Assembly: GCA_031370785.1 (NCBI GenBank)
Contig: JANMQY010000016.1
Span: forward strand, 32,001-96,000
Length of the DNA: 64,000 nt
Direction: 5' to 3'
Source: Candidatus Eiseniibacteriota bacterium
GTDB taxonomy: Bacteria; Eisenbacteria; RBG-16-71-46
Within the stretch, counting starts at the first letter, position 1. The number at the start of each line of letters is the position of its first letter. Below are positions 46,274 to 57,809 of the stretch, one piece after another. The position numbers were made by a program, and so were the translations under genes. Under the pieces are notes generated by a model. The model saw only the letters and a program-made list of their open reading frames with translations, was not told the origin of the DNA and made no database searches.

Positions 46274-47947
46274 CTAGAATGTCTTGTCGAAGATCCACAG
46301 CGCTTCGCTTCCGTCCGGTCGATGGATGATCGAGTCCGGTCTGGCCAGCCCCAGCTCATTCGGGCGCACGATGAAGACTCCGCGGTCGTCGCGCCCGTTG
46401 TTCTCGAGCGCTTCGACTCGGGGCCGGCACAGATCGGCATAGAGGAAGTGCATCTTCCCGTAGCGCACGACCAGGTCCCAGCCATCAACGGATCGTTGGA
46501 TATCGCGTGGCTCCCGGAACCAGCGCCTCGGATCCCACCCGAGCTCGACCAGCGAGGTCGCGAACGGCTCGTTCAGCTCGCGGGTGGTGATGAAGACCGC
46601 ATCGATGCGGTCGAGCCGCGGCTTCAGCCACTTGCAGGCCTCGATCAGATCGACCTGGTATTCGCTCCAGATCTGCGGCCGCCTGTTCCACTCACCGTAG
46701 AACCTGGGCAGATAGCGGAGGTTGATCGCGAAGAACACGAGCGCGAATGCCACGCCGGCACCGCGTGCCACCGCCGGCCCGCGCGCGTAAGCCCATGCCC
46801 ATGCGCGCATCGCGCCGTAAGCCGCGAGCAGGACCAGCGCGCCGATCCCGGGCGAGCTGCGCAGCGCGTGCGCTCCTTCGTAGCGCGCGATCAGATCGCC
46901 TGCCGGGTACGCCGCGACCAGCGCCAGCACGGTACGCGCCGCGAGGTCGTGAGGGGCAGCCCGCACGGCAGCGACGAGCCCGACGATCAACAACGGCAGC
47001 ACGTACCAGTGCAGCATGCCCTGATCTGGCGGCGACATGATGGGGAACACGTCGCCGCGCATGAACAGGAAGCGGGGATCGAAGTGCACGAGCCAGCGTG
47101 CCACGATCTTCACGACGATTTCGCCGAGCGGTGCGCCTCTTTCCCACAGGCGCGTCATCTCGGCGCGACGTGCGGTTCCGGGGTCGGTCAGGTGGCGAAG
47201 CGCGAGCGGCCCGAAGGTGAGCGCGAGACCCGCCGCGAACGCGGCCGCCGCACGCACTCCGGCCGGGGCGCGCAGCACCTCGCGCCAGCGCGACCACGAG
47301 GCGAGCACCATCAGCATCAGCGCGGCCGGCAGAAAGAGGCGAATCGGCCAGTAGCCGTAGCATGCGATTCCGACCGCCGCGCCTCCGAGCGCGGCGCGCC
47401 ACGCGCGTGGCCGGGAGTTCGCGCCGGCCGGCGGAAGGCCGGCCCACAGCAGTGCGGCGGGCGCGAGCAGCCCGAGGAGCGGGCACAGGCTGCCATCGAA
47501 GCCTCCCCAGCGAGAGACCAGCAGCGCCCAGGGGTCGAACGCCATCAGGAGCCCGGCGAGGAGGCCTGCCCACCGCCCAAACAGGCGAGCCCCGACGAAG
47601 TAGACCAGGGGCACGCACAGAATCCCTGCGAACACCCCGGGCAGTCGCGTGGTCCACACATTGAGCCCGCCCAGCGCCTGAAATGGGAGCATGGCGTAGA
47701 AGAGCAGGGTGGTGCGGTTGTCGCCGATGGCGTGCGCGTAGAAGATCGGCCAGCGCGCACCCACCATGTCGTGCCCGGTGCGCAGCATGCAGAACGCGTT
47801 CCACGCGTTGATCGCTTCGTCCTGATTGAGCCCGGGCGGTGAGCTTCCGAAGTGGAACAGGCGCAGAAAGGCGGCGACCAGCGTGATCGCCGCCAGCGCG
47901 AAACCGGTCACGCGTGCCGAGGGCCCGGGTGCGGGGCCCGGCTTCAT
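46274..47947 (-). CDS. GT-C (ArnT/PMT, GT39-like) membrane glycosyltransferase
   Basis: LR...PPGLNQDE after TM1, RLP motif, many TM helices, soluble C-terminal domain; ATGA overlap with osmC. Confidence 0.85.
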   Translation of the reverse strand: MKPGPAPGPSARVTGFALAAITLVAAFLRLFHFGSSPPGLNQDEAINAWNAFCMLRTGHDMVGARWPIFYAHAIGDNRTTLLFYAMLPFQALGGLNVWTTRLPGVFAGILCVPLVYFVGARLFGRWAGLLAGLLMAFDPWALLVSRWGGFDGSLCPLLGLLAPAALLWAGLPPAGANSRPRAWRAALGGAAVGIACYGYWPIRLFLPAALMLMVLASWSRWREVLRAPAGVRAAAAFAAGLALTFGPLALRHLTDPGTARRAEMTRLWERGAPLGEIVVKIVARWLVHFDPRFLFMRGDVFPIMSPPDQGMLHWYVLPLLIVGLVAAVRAAPHDLAARTVLALVAAYPAGDLIARYEGAHALRSSPGIGALVLLAAYGAMRAWAWAYARGPAVARGAGVAFALVFFAINLRYLPRFYGEWNRRPQIWSEYQVDLIEACKWLKPRLDRIDAVFITTRELNEPFATSLVELGWDPRRWFREPRDIQRSVDGWDLVVRYGKMHFLYADLCRPRVEALENNGRDDRGVFIVRPNELGLARPDSIIHRPDGSEALWIFDKTF

Positions 47948-48372
47948 TGCTTGAGAGTGGCCTTCAGCGTGATCGGGGTCGCGGCCAGCGCCTTCGAGAT
48001 CGGGCATCCCTTCTTCGCGCCTTCGGCTTCCGCGGCGAATTTCGCCTCATCGATTCCCGGCACTTCGGCGTCGGTCACGAGCTCGATGCGTGTGATGCCG
48101 AACCCCTCGCCCACCTTTTCCAGGTGCACGTTCGCGACCGTGTGCACGCGCTTCGGGGTGAAACCGGCCTTGGTCAGCCCGGCCGAGAGCGCCATCGAGA
48201 AGCACGCAGCGTGCGCCGCGCCGATCAGCTCCTCGGGATTCGTGCCCTTTCCATCTTCGAAGCGCGACGCGAACGAGTACGGTCCCTCGTAGCCGCCGCG
48301 GCCCAGCTTCACCTTCCCCTGCCCCTCGCGCAGGTTGCCCTTCCACTCCGCTTCCGACTGACGTACCGACAT
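47944..48372 (-). CDS. osmC: OsmC peroxiredoxin
   Basis: YSFASRFE, GTNPEELIGAAHAACFSMAL, AKKGCPISKAL; AGGAGG RBS. Confidence 0.95.
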   Translation of the reverse strand: MSVRQSEAEWKGNLREGQGKVKLGRGGYEGPYSFASRFEDGKGTNPEELIGAAHAACFSMALSAGLTKAGFTPKRVHTVANVHLEKVGEGFGITRIELVTDAEVPGIDEAKFAAEAEGAKKGCPISKALAATPITLKATLKQ

Positions 48373-48636
48373 TGTGTTTCCTCCTTTTCGAATTGGAGCG
48401 CGATCAGCGCGCGGCGATGACCATGAAGGAGGTCCTGCTCCGGTTCGAGTGAGGTTCAGCCGGGACCCAGGGCCGGTCCGCGAAGCTAGCCGACGGCCAC
48501 CGCGCGGCACAAGCGCTCTGCCGCGATCCGGCAGGCAGATCGCACAGCTCGCGGCCCTTCCGCCCGGTCGGGAGGCTTGCTAAGGTCCCGCGCACCCGCC
48601 CACCGCCACACCGAGCGCCACCTTTAAGAGAAGCAC

Positions 48637-50445
48637 GTGACTCCATCTCAAGAGCCGCTCATTCCGGATTCACAGGCCGATCTCGAGCGCCGAATCGCGC
48701 GCCTTTCGCAGCTGCTCGAGGTGGCGCGCGCCCTGATCGGAGCGCCGGATGCGCGCGCCGCCGCCGCGCGGCTGTGTTACTCAGCGATGGGCGTGCTCGG
48801 TGCGCGCTCGGCGACGCTGTTCGCGGCCGAGGGGCACGGGCGCTACGTCGTCAGGCATTCGAGCCTCGCAGACGTCTCGCCCGGGGAGACGATCCGGCTC
48901 GGTGAGAGCGCTCGCCAATGGATGCTGCGCGAGGGCGCCTTCGCCGTGAGCGGCCCGGCGGCGCTGCGTGGACTGGGCGACACTCGCGAGCGTCTCGCCC
49001 GGCGCGACGCGGCGCTCGGCATGGCGGTCGCGGATGGCGAAGGGCTGCTCGCACTGCTGGTGCTGGGGCCTCGCGTGGTCGGCGAGGGATATGGGGCCGA
49101 GGACGTGGCCCAGCTCGAGGCGCTGGCCACACTCGCCGCTCCCGCACTCGCGGTGCGCGAACGCGAGGCGCGAGCCGCGACCCGTTCTCGGACCGAGCCG
49201 CCGGCCGGCGCGAAAGGCGCCGCCGGGCTCGAAGCGTTGCGCCGTCGCCATCCCGCGCTGCGCGCGCTGGTCGGCGCGAGCGAGCCGATTCGCGAGGCTT
49301 CGCACGATCTGGTCGCCGCGGCCGATCTGCGCTTTCCGGTGCTGATCACCGGCGAGTCGGGCGCCGGCAAGGAGGTGGCGGCCCGCACACTGCACGCGCT
49401 CTCCCGGCGTGCGGCGGGCCCGTTCGAAGTGGTCGACTGCGGGTCGATCCCGGCCGAGCTGATCGAGAGCGAGCTGTTCGGGCACGTGCGCGGGGCGTTC
49501 ACTGGCGCCCACCGCGATCGGCGCGGCGCGTTCGAGATCGCACACCGCGGCACGCTGTTCCTGGATGAGATCGGGGACATGCCGCTCCAGCTCCAGACCC
49601 GGCTGCTCCGCGTGCTGCAGGAGGGGCACATCCGCCGCGTCGGAGACGAGGATCGTATCGAGGTGGACGTGCGCGTGGTGGCGGCCACGCATCGCGATCT
49701 GATCGCCGCGGTCGCCGCTCAGCGTTTCCGCGAGGACCTCTACTACCGGCTCAACGTGTTCAACATCCATCTGCCGCCGCTGCGCGAGCGGCCGGGCGAT
49801 CTTGCGCTGCTGATCGAGCACTTTCTCGCTCGCGGGGCGCACGAGCTGGGCGCGAGCGGATGGACGATGGACCGCGACGTGATGGATGCCCTCGAGACCC
49901 ACGAGTTTCCGGGCAATCTGCGCGAGCTCTCGAACCTGTGCGCGGCCCTGACGGCGCGCGTGCGCGGCGGCGGGCACATCACGCTCGATCACCTGGAGCA
50001 GGTGTGGCGACGCCAGCGCGGCGGCGAGCCTCCGTGGCGCGACACGACGCACGCGGCGGCGGGCGGGCTTGGGGGCTGGGTGCTCGCTCAGCTGCGGGCG
50101 ACGCGCTTCAATCTGATCGCGGCCGAGCGCGAGCTGCGCCGCAAGCGCAAGGGTGGCAGGGCCACTCCCCTCGGCGAGCGCTCGGCGCTGGCCTACTACC
50201 TGAACGGAGAGATCCTGCGCGCGCTGGTCGAGGCGGGCGGAGATCGTGAAGTCGCGGCGCGCGCTCTGGCCGGAGACACGGATCTGGCGGAGCGTGTCGC
50301 GCCGAGGGTGGACAAGGTGTGCGAAGCGCTGCGCGCCGCCGGGTCGAACCGCGACCGCCTCGAGAAGACCTTCGCCAAGCTCCCGGCCGACTACACGAGC
50401 CTGCTCGAGCCGGCGGCGCGCTGCGTCGGGCGCCAGACGAGCTGA
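48637..50445 (+). CDS. sigma54-dependent enhancer-binding activator, GAF-AAA+ with atypical C-terminus
   Basis: [45 protein letters not shown]. Confidence 0.92.
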   Translation: MTPSQEPLIPDSQADLERRIARLSQLLEVARALIGAPDARAAAARLCYSAMGVLGARSATLFAAEGHGRYVVRHSSLADVSPGETIRLGESARQWMLREGAFAVSGPAALRGLGDTRERLARRDAALGMAVADGEGLLALLVLGPRVVGEGYGAEDVAQLEALATLAAPALAVREREARAATRSRTEPPAGAKGAAGLEALRRRHPALRALVGASEPIREASHDLVAAADLRFPVLITGESGAGKEVAARTLHALSRRAAGPFEVVDCGSIPAELIESELFGHVRGAFTGAHRDRRGAFEIAHRGTLFLDEIGDMPLQLQTRLLRVLQEGHIRRVGDEDRIEVDVRVVAATHRDLIAAVAAQRFREDLYYRLNVFNIHLPPLRERPGDLALLIEHFLARGAHELGASGWTMDRDVMDALETHEFPGNLRELSNLCAALTARVRGGGHITLDHLEQVWRRQRGGEPPWRDTTHAAAGGLGGWVLAQLRATRFNLIAAERELRRKRKGGRATPLGERSALAYYLNGEILRALVEAGGDREVAARALAGDTDLAERVAPRVDKVCEALRAAGSNRDRLEKTFAKLPADYTSLLEPAARCVGRQTS

Positions 50446-50447
50446 CG

Positions 50448-50485
50448 AAAACGCGGAGCCCCGGCCAGCGTGCCCGGGGCTCCGT
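50448..50485. terminator. GC-rich hairpin after the activator gene
   Basis: CGGAGCCCCGG...CCGGGGCTCCG; the A-run at 50448-50451 would give a U-tail on the minus strand only. Confidence 0.5.
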
Positions 50486-50804
50486 GCGTGCGGCCAGAAG
50501 GTGTGGCAGCGAGCGAAGCCCACCCTTTCATGTGCACGCGATTCGATTCTCGACGCGAGTGGCGCTGCAGGTGTGGCGGTCGCGGCGCTCGCAGCGCCGT
50601 AACCGTGCCCGATCCACCCCCACAGCGCCTCTCGCGCCGCTGGATCCGAAGAACAGCAAGCGGCGGGCCACTCGCCGTTCCGCGCGAAACCCGCATGAAT
50701 CGTGGGTCTGCGCGCTTCGAAGCCAGGAACCGACTGCTGAATTTCCGCATTCGATGCGGAATCTCCTGTGGAGCCAAGCTCCCTCTGCTAGTGTTTCGCG
50801 CCTG

Positions 50805-52181
50805 ATGATCCTCTCGAGCCTGCTGGTCGTTGCTCTGGCTGCCGCCGCTCCGGCATCGCGCCCCGCCACGCACCCCGCGCCTTCTCGGGCGGCTGCAGTG
50901 CCGATGGTGGTGCCGTTCATCCAGGACGATTACGCGAGAGCGCTGGCCGATGCGCGCGCGCGCGGCGTCCCCCTGTTCATCGAGGCCTGGGCGCCCTGGT
51001 GACACACCTGTCGCTCGATGAGAGCTTTCGTCTTCACCGACAGGGCGCTCGCCGGGCAAGCCGGGCGGTTCGCCTGGCTGGAGATGGACACCGAGAAGGC
51101 GAAGAACGCGGCGCTCCGCAAGAAGTTCCCGGTCGAAGCGCTGCCCACGTTCTTCATCGTCGATCCGGTGGATGAGAAGGTCGCTCTGCGCTGGGTAGGC
51201 GGCGCGACCGGCCAACAGATGCTGAAGATCCTCGCCGACGGCCGTGCCGCGGTCGCACGCGCGCATGGCCCCGGGCCGCTCGCGGCCGGCCCGTTGCCCG
51301 CGGCGGATCGGGCGTTCTTCGAAGCCGAGCGCGCCTATGGCGAAGCCGACTACGCGAGGGCGGCCCCGGCCTATCGCGCCGCGCTCGCTGCCGCGCCGCC
51401 GGGGTGGGAACACCGAGGGCGCGCGGTCGAATCCCTGCTCTACTCGCTCGGCCAGCTTGACAGCACTGCGGCGGTGGCCTCCCTCGCGCGCGACGAATAC
51501 CCCAGGTTGCGCCACACCTCTTCCGCCGCCAACGTCGCCGTGAGCGGGCTCGATGCCGCGCTCTCGCTGCCGGCCGATCACCCGGAGCGCGCCCGGCTGG
51601 TCGCGACACTCGAAGCCGATGCGCGCGAGGTGGTGAGCGATCGCACCGCGCCGCTCGCCGCGGACGACCGGTCGTCCGTCTACGGCAGCCTGATCGATGC
51701 GCGCGAGGATGCACACGATTCGACCGGAGCGCTGGCGATGAAGCGCGAGTGGTCCGCGTTCCTGGACCGCGAAGCCGCGCGAGCAAAGACCCCGGACGCG
51801 CGTGCGGTCTACGACTCGCACCGCCTCTCCGCCTATCTCGCGCTCGGCGAGCCCGAGCGCGCGGTGCCCATGCTCGAGGCCTCCGAGAAGGCGATGCCCA
51901 ACGACTACAACCCGCCGGCGCGCCTCGCGATCGCGTACAAGGCGATGAAGCGCTGGGACGATGCGCTCGCCGCCTCGGACCGCGCGATGGCAAAGGCTTA
52001 TGGGCCGCGCAAGCTCGGTTTCTACCAGATGCGCGCCGATATCTACGTGGGTCTCCGCGACACCACCGCGGCGAGGCGCACGCTGGAAGAGGCGATCGCG
52101 ATGGCCGACTCGCTTCCGGCCGGGCAGCGCTCGGAGCGCACCATCGCCGCGCTCAGAAAGAAGCTCGAAGGGCTGAAGTAA
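50805..52181 (+). CDS. Exported thioredoxin-fold plus TPR-like protein with in-frame UGA (predicted selenocysteine, UxxC)
   Basis: ORFs 50319-51002 and 51018-52181 share a frame. Reading through TGA 51000-51002 gives FIEAWAPW-U-HTCRSMRAFVF...FPVEALPTFF, a complete thioredoxin fold. Signal peptide MILSSLLVVALAAA. Confidence 0.85.
51007..51044 (+). promoter_or_regulatory. Candidate bacterial SECIS element
   Basis: CCUGUCG/CGACAGG lower stem plus GAUGAG-AGCU-UUCGUC upper stem-loop immediately 3' of the UGA. Confidence 0.65.
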
Positions 52182-52248
52182 GCGAGCGGTGCTCCGCGCA
52201 CGCGGCTGTGCTACCGGCCGGAGCACCGGCCCTCGGCGCGGTGTGAGC

Positions 52249-52614
52249 TCAGCCTTTTGCGCGCTGGACCGTGTCCGGGGAGAACGCGGGCATGCACACC
52301 GCGACGTATTCCGCCCCGTCCGCTTCGGGCGTGCTGTACCTCACCCACTCGCCCGCCTTCGCGATCACCGCTTCGCCCTCGCGCACGTCGATCTCGCCGC
52401 CCACGTGGGTCACGCGCAGCATGCCGCGCAGCACCACCGTATATTCGTCGAACCGGGGCGTCTGCGCCGGCTCGATCCAGCCAGCCGGACTCTTCATGCG
52501 CGCGATGCTCAGCGCCTCGGTGCCCGAGTTCACGCGACCCACGAATTCTTCGATCTGTTTAGGTCTGTTGCCGGCGGACGTGATCCGGCTGGGGCGAAGG
52601 ATGTGAACCGGCAC
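52249..52614 (-). CDS. Cupin domain protein (EutQ-like)
   Basis: IEEFVGRVNS, GWIEPAQTP.FDEYT.VL.G, WVRYSTP, PAFSP. Confidence 0.85.
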   Translation of the reverse strand: MPVHILRPSRITSAGNRPKQIEEFVGRVNSGTEALSIARMKSPAGWIEPAQTPRFDEYTVVLRGMLRVTHVGGEIDVREGEAVIAKAGEWVRYSTPEADGAEYVAVCMPAFSPDTVQRAKG

Positions 52615-52617
52615 GGG

Positions 52618-54396
52618 CTACGGCTGGAGATGGAGCAGGCGGGTCGCAACCAGGATCGGGATGATCACCGCGACGATCGCCTCGCCGGCGATGAAGCCCG
52701 AGGCCAGCGGCGTGACGTGGCGCTCGTAGTTCGCCTTCGCGGCCGCGCGCCAGATCTCGGCGAGCGCGCCGCCCACGAACATGGTGACGATCGCGCTGCC
52801 CGGCACCAGCATGCCGATGCCGATGCCGGTCGGCGACGGCACCCACTTCTTGAACCGGGTTTCCTCGAGCACGGTGAGCCCGATCCCGATCAGCGATCCG
52901 ATGATCAGCGCCGCGATCGCGCCCTTCGGAAGAGCGCTCACGCCCTGTGACAGAATCATCGCGAACCCGACGAAGCGCTGCGAGATCGGCGACTGAAGTC
53001 CGTGCTCACCGCCAATCTTGTACGTGTCGCGCAGCAACGGGTAGACGTAGGACACCGCCAGCGCGCCGACCGGCACCGCCATCAACTGGGCGTAAGTCAG
53101 GAAGCGCGGCGTGCTGCCGATCATATAGCCGGTCTTGTAGTCCTGCATCAGCCCCTCGGACTGGGTCGCGATCGAGCCGGTGACACCGGTCGACACCAGG
53201 TTGGGGCCGATCGCGCCGGGCGCGATCACGCCGAAAATGCCCTGCATCATGTTCGAGAGCGTGCTGATCGGGCCCCAGTTGGTTTCCCCGAGCACGCGGA
53301 TGCCGACCAGCATCAGCGGGATCGAGAAGACGATCGCCGCGATGGTGAGCCAGACCGGCATCCCGAGCGTCAGCTTCTGGACGATCACCAGCGCGATCGC
53401 GCTCGCGATCGAACCCCAGATCACCCACTTGAGCGGGAAATCACCGGTGCTGATCTTCGCACCCGCCAGGTTCTGGAAGGTCGCCACCAGCGATCTCCAG
53501 CGCAGCGCCATCGCAGTCAGCCCTCCGGCCACCAGTATTCCGACCGCGGGCCACATGATCCAGAACAGCATCTCGCGTCGCACCATGTGCCCGACCCATC
53601 CCTGATGCAGCAGCAGCGGCGGCGCGATGACCCACGCCGCGATCGTGCCGATCAGCATGCTGGTGTTGATGCGCATGCCGACCAGCATCCCCGAGCCGAT
53701 GTTGAGCAGGCTCCAGCTGAGCCCGACGTTCATGATCGCGCCGGTGGCGCCGAGCTTCAGCATCTCCGGCACGCGGAAGAACACCTCGCCCAGCACCCGG
53801 GTGTCCTCGCGGATGACCATGAGAATCCCGGAAAACACCCCGCCGAGCGCGAGCGAGCGCGCCGCGCCGCGCGATTCGCTGCCCCGCGAGTCGAGCACGA
53901 TCAGGGTTTCCCCGGCCGCGACGCCGTCGGCGAACGTGAGCTTCTCGTCCACCACGAAGTGCTGGCGCATCGGGACCGAGAGCAGCACCCCGAGGAATCC
54001 CGCCGCGGTCAGCCACAGGAAGGCCGTGAAGGGCGGCAGCGTCTGAGTGAAATGCGCGCTCGGTTCCGCGCGCAGAAGATCGAAGGCGGCCATGATCACG
54101 CAAAGGAACGCGGTCTGCCCCGCCGCCGTACCGGCGGTCTGGACGATGTTGTTCTCCCAGCGATTGAAGGTCTTCGAGAACAGTCCGAGCGCGAGGTAGC
54201 CGAAGAACGCCGAGACCACCGAGATGTTCGGGCCGAACCCGAGCTTGAGGACGATGTACGGGTAGGAGGCGCCGATCACCGCGGCGACCAGCATCGCGGT
54301 GATCACGGCGCGCGGCGTGAACTCGCGCACGCCTTCGGGCTTCAAAGGATATGCGTGAGGATCCGGCACGGGCGCGGCCTGCTGCGGAATCGCCAT
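52618..54396 (-). CDS. OPT/YSL-family oligopeptide transporter
   Basis: EFTPRA, LKLG, ENNIVQT, GET, MQDYKTG; many TM helices. Confidence 0.9.
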   Translation of the reverse strand: MAIPQQAAPVPDPHAYPLKPEGVREFTPRAVITAMLVAAVIGASYPYIVLKLGFGPNISVVSAFFGYLALGLFSKTFNRWENNIVQTAGTAAGQTAFLCVIMAAFDLLRAEPSAHFTQTLPPFTAFLWLTAAGFLGVLLSVPMRQHFVVDEKLTFADGVAAGETLIVLDSRGSESRGAARSLALGGVFSGILMVIREDTRVLGEVFFRVPEMLKLGATGAIMNVGLSWSLLNIGSGMLVGMRINTSMLIGTIAAWVIAPPLLLHQGWVGHMVRREMLFWIMWPAVGILVAGGLTAMALRWRSLVATFQNLAGAKISTGDFPLKWVIWGSIASAIALVIVQKLTLGMPVWLTIAAIVFSIPLMLVGIRVLGETNWGPISTLSNMMQGIFGVIAPGAIGPNLVSTGVTGSIATQSEGLMQDYKTGYMIGSTPRFLTYAQLMAVPVGALAVSYVYPLLRDTYKIGGEHGLQSPISQRFVGFAMILSQGVSALPKGAIAALIIGSLIGIGLTVLEETRFKKWVPSPTGIGIGMLVPGSAIVTMFVGGALAEIWRAAAKANYERHVTPLASGFIAGEAIVAVIIPILVATRLLHLQP

Positions 54397-54540
54397 GGTC
54401 GCGCAGACTAGCAGCAACCCATGGCCGGATGCAGCCTGGAATTCAGGCGGTCGCGGTCGTGGTGAAATCCGATACAGTCCAATTCGAGCAGGTGATCGGA
54501 GCCACGCGCGGGCGCGCCCGCATCCTCCGGAGGAATGGCT

Positions 54541-54789
54541 ATGGCCGAAGCGCCAAAGTTCTACAAGAATCCAGCGATCGCGACAGTGTTGTCATTCTTC
54601 TTCATGGGTCTCGGACAAATCTACAATGGGCAGATCGGCAAGGGTGTTCTGTTCGTAGTTCTCTACGGCGTATCCCTAGCTCTGACGTGGATCATCATCG
54701 GATTCATCACGACGCCGATCCTGTGGATCTGGGGGATGGTAGACGCGAACAACTCGGCGAAACGAATCAACCAGGAACTCGCACGCTAA
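54541..54789 (+). CDS. Small TM2-like membrane protein
   Basis: KNPAIATVLSFFFMGLGQIYNGQIGKG...WIWGMVDA; GGAGG RBS. Confidence 0.8.
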   Translation: MAEAPKFYKNPAIATVLSFFFMGLGQIYNGQIGKGVLFVVLYGVSLALTWIIIGFITTPILWIWGMVDANNSAKRINQELAR

Positions 54790-54807
54790 TCTGGCCAGAG
54801 CCTCGGC

Positions 54808-55521
54808 CTAGTGCAGCCCCGCCACGTGCGTGTCGAGCGAGCCCCAGATCTGCTTCAGCCGCTGGTCGCGCCCGCATCCCAGCCGGTAAGTCTGATAGCG
54901 CACGGGATCCTTGCGCCAGAAGTCCTGGTGGTACTCCTCGGCCGGATAGAACGTGGTGGCGGCGACGATCTGGGTGACGATCGGCTTCCTGAAGCGCCCC
55001 GAAGCCTCGATCTTCTTCCTCGACTCCTCGGCGAGACGGTGCTGCTTCTCGTCGCGATAGAAGATCGCGGAGCGGTACTGATTCCCGTGATCGCAGAACT
55101 GCCCGTCGGCCTGGGTGGGATCCACGTTGTGCCAGAAGATCTCGAGCAGGCGTTCGTACGAGATCTTCTTAGGGTCGTAGACGATGTTGACCGATTCGGC
55201 GTGTCCGGTGACTCCCGAGCTCACCTCTTCGTACGTCGGATTCAGCTTCTGCCCGCCGGTGTATCCGGAGGTCACCGAGAGCACTCCGTCACGCTGCTCG
55301 AAGGCAGTCTCCTCGCACCAGAAGCACCCACCCGCGAATGTGGCCTCGGCGAGTCCCGCGCCAGGCGCGGAGGTGGTCTCGCCCGGAGCGCCGGCGCGGG
55401 ACGCGGCAGCAGCGGATGCGCTGGACTTGCCCTTCGCGCCGTCGGCGGCGCAGGAGGTCGTGAGAATCGCAGCGCCCAGCAGGGCGGCGAGTGCGAGCGT
55501 CGTCGATCGGATCGACTTCAT
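54808..55521 (-). CDS. msrA: Peptide-methionine (S)-S-oxide reductase, with lipoprotein-type signal
   Basis: AGGCFWC, NPTYEEV, GHAE, GQFCD.G.QYRS, AEEYHQ; N-terminus MKSIR...LTTSC. Confidence 0.93.
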   Translation of the reverse strand: MKSIRSTTLALAALLGAAILTTSCAADGAKGKSSASAAAASRAGAPGETTSAPGAGLAEATFAGGCFWCEETAFEQRDGVLSVTSGYTGGQKLNPTYEEVSSGVTGHAESVNIVYDPKKISYERLLEIFWHNVDPTQADGQFCDHGNQYRSAIFYRDEKQHRLAEESRKKIEASGRFRKPIVTQIVAATTFYPAEEYHQDFWRKDPVRYQTYRLGCGRDQRLKQIWGSLDTHVAGLH

Positions 55522-55726
55522 CGGGTCTCCCGGATGGGCAACTCGCTCTGGAGCGAGTTGCAGGTCGGCCGCCTGAACTTGAAGGCAGGTCGGACGCGAA
55601 GGCGGATTGCGATCATCGCCATACCTTACTGAAGAAACCGCCCCGGCGTGACCGGGAACCGTATCCTCCTTCAGGCGCCCGGCGACCCGGCCGAACACCC
55701 TTGCGGACAATCCCGGAGGAATGCCC

Positions 55727-55942
55727 ATGAATACGAGACTCTGGCTGCTGGCCGCGGCACTGGTCGCGCTGGCCGGCTGTTCGAGCGGCAGCGACCGACC
55801 CGCCTCGACGCTCACCGAGCATCAGCGCGACAGCGTGCTCGCGAAATCCATACTGCCGGGCGCCGCCGTCGTCGGCCGCGCGCTCTCCGAGTCCGAGCGC
55901 GCGTCGACTTCGTCCGCGAGCATGGATTCGCTCTCGCGCTAG
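55727..55942 (+). CDS. Small lipoprotein
   Basis: GGAGGA RBS; MNTRLWLLAAALVALAGC lipobox. Confidence 0.75.
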   Translation: MNTRLWLLAAALVALAGCSSGSDRPASTLTEHQRDSVLAKSILPGAAVVGRALSESERASTSSASMDSLSR

Positions 55943-56065
55943 AATCGAAATCGCCCGGCGGTGCTTTGCCGGGCGACTGATCGCTGTATCCCCCTCGCGA
56001 GCGCGAGAAGTCGTAAGGCGTGCGTCCTGCGCACACCGCTGTTCCTTGCGGTGCTCCGCGCGGTC

Positions 56066-56338
56066 TCAGGCGGCGCGCGCCGGTCCCACCGAATCGGCCA
56101 GCACCGAAGCCTGATTGTTCGACACCTCGAAGAACCCGCCAGTCACCTGCCACACCTCTTCGGTCCCGCCGCGGCGACGCACGGTGAGCCGGCCTTCGGC
56201 GAGCGCGGTCACCAGCGCGGCATGGTGCGCGAGCACGCCCAGGTAGCCTTCGCTGCCGGGCACCTGCACGTACTCGACCGGGCCTTCGAACACGGTGCGC
56301 TCGGGCGTCAGGATCGAAAGCTGGAATTCGGCGGCCAT
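56066..56338 (-). CDS. atpC: ATP synthase F1 epsilon (short, N-terminal domain only)
   Basis: ILTPE, VPGSEGYLGVLAHHAA, GGFFEV, VLAD. Confidence 0.93.
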   Translation of the reverse strand: MAAEFQLSILTPERTVFEGPVEYVQVPGSEGYLGVLAHHAALVTALAEGRLTVRRRGGTEEVWQVTGGFFEVSNNQASVLADSVGPARAA

Positions 56339-56339
56339 G

Positions 56340-57809
<1,470 letters not shown>

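Noticed and set aside
50319..52181. Two separate genes or a pseudogene at 50319-51002 and 51018-52181
   Set aside because: The stop is a UGA exactly at the catalytic Cys of a CxxC motif and is followed by a hairpin, so Sec recoding explains it better. A pseudogene is not fully excluded.
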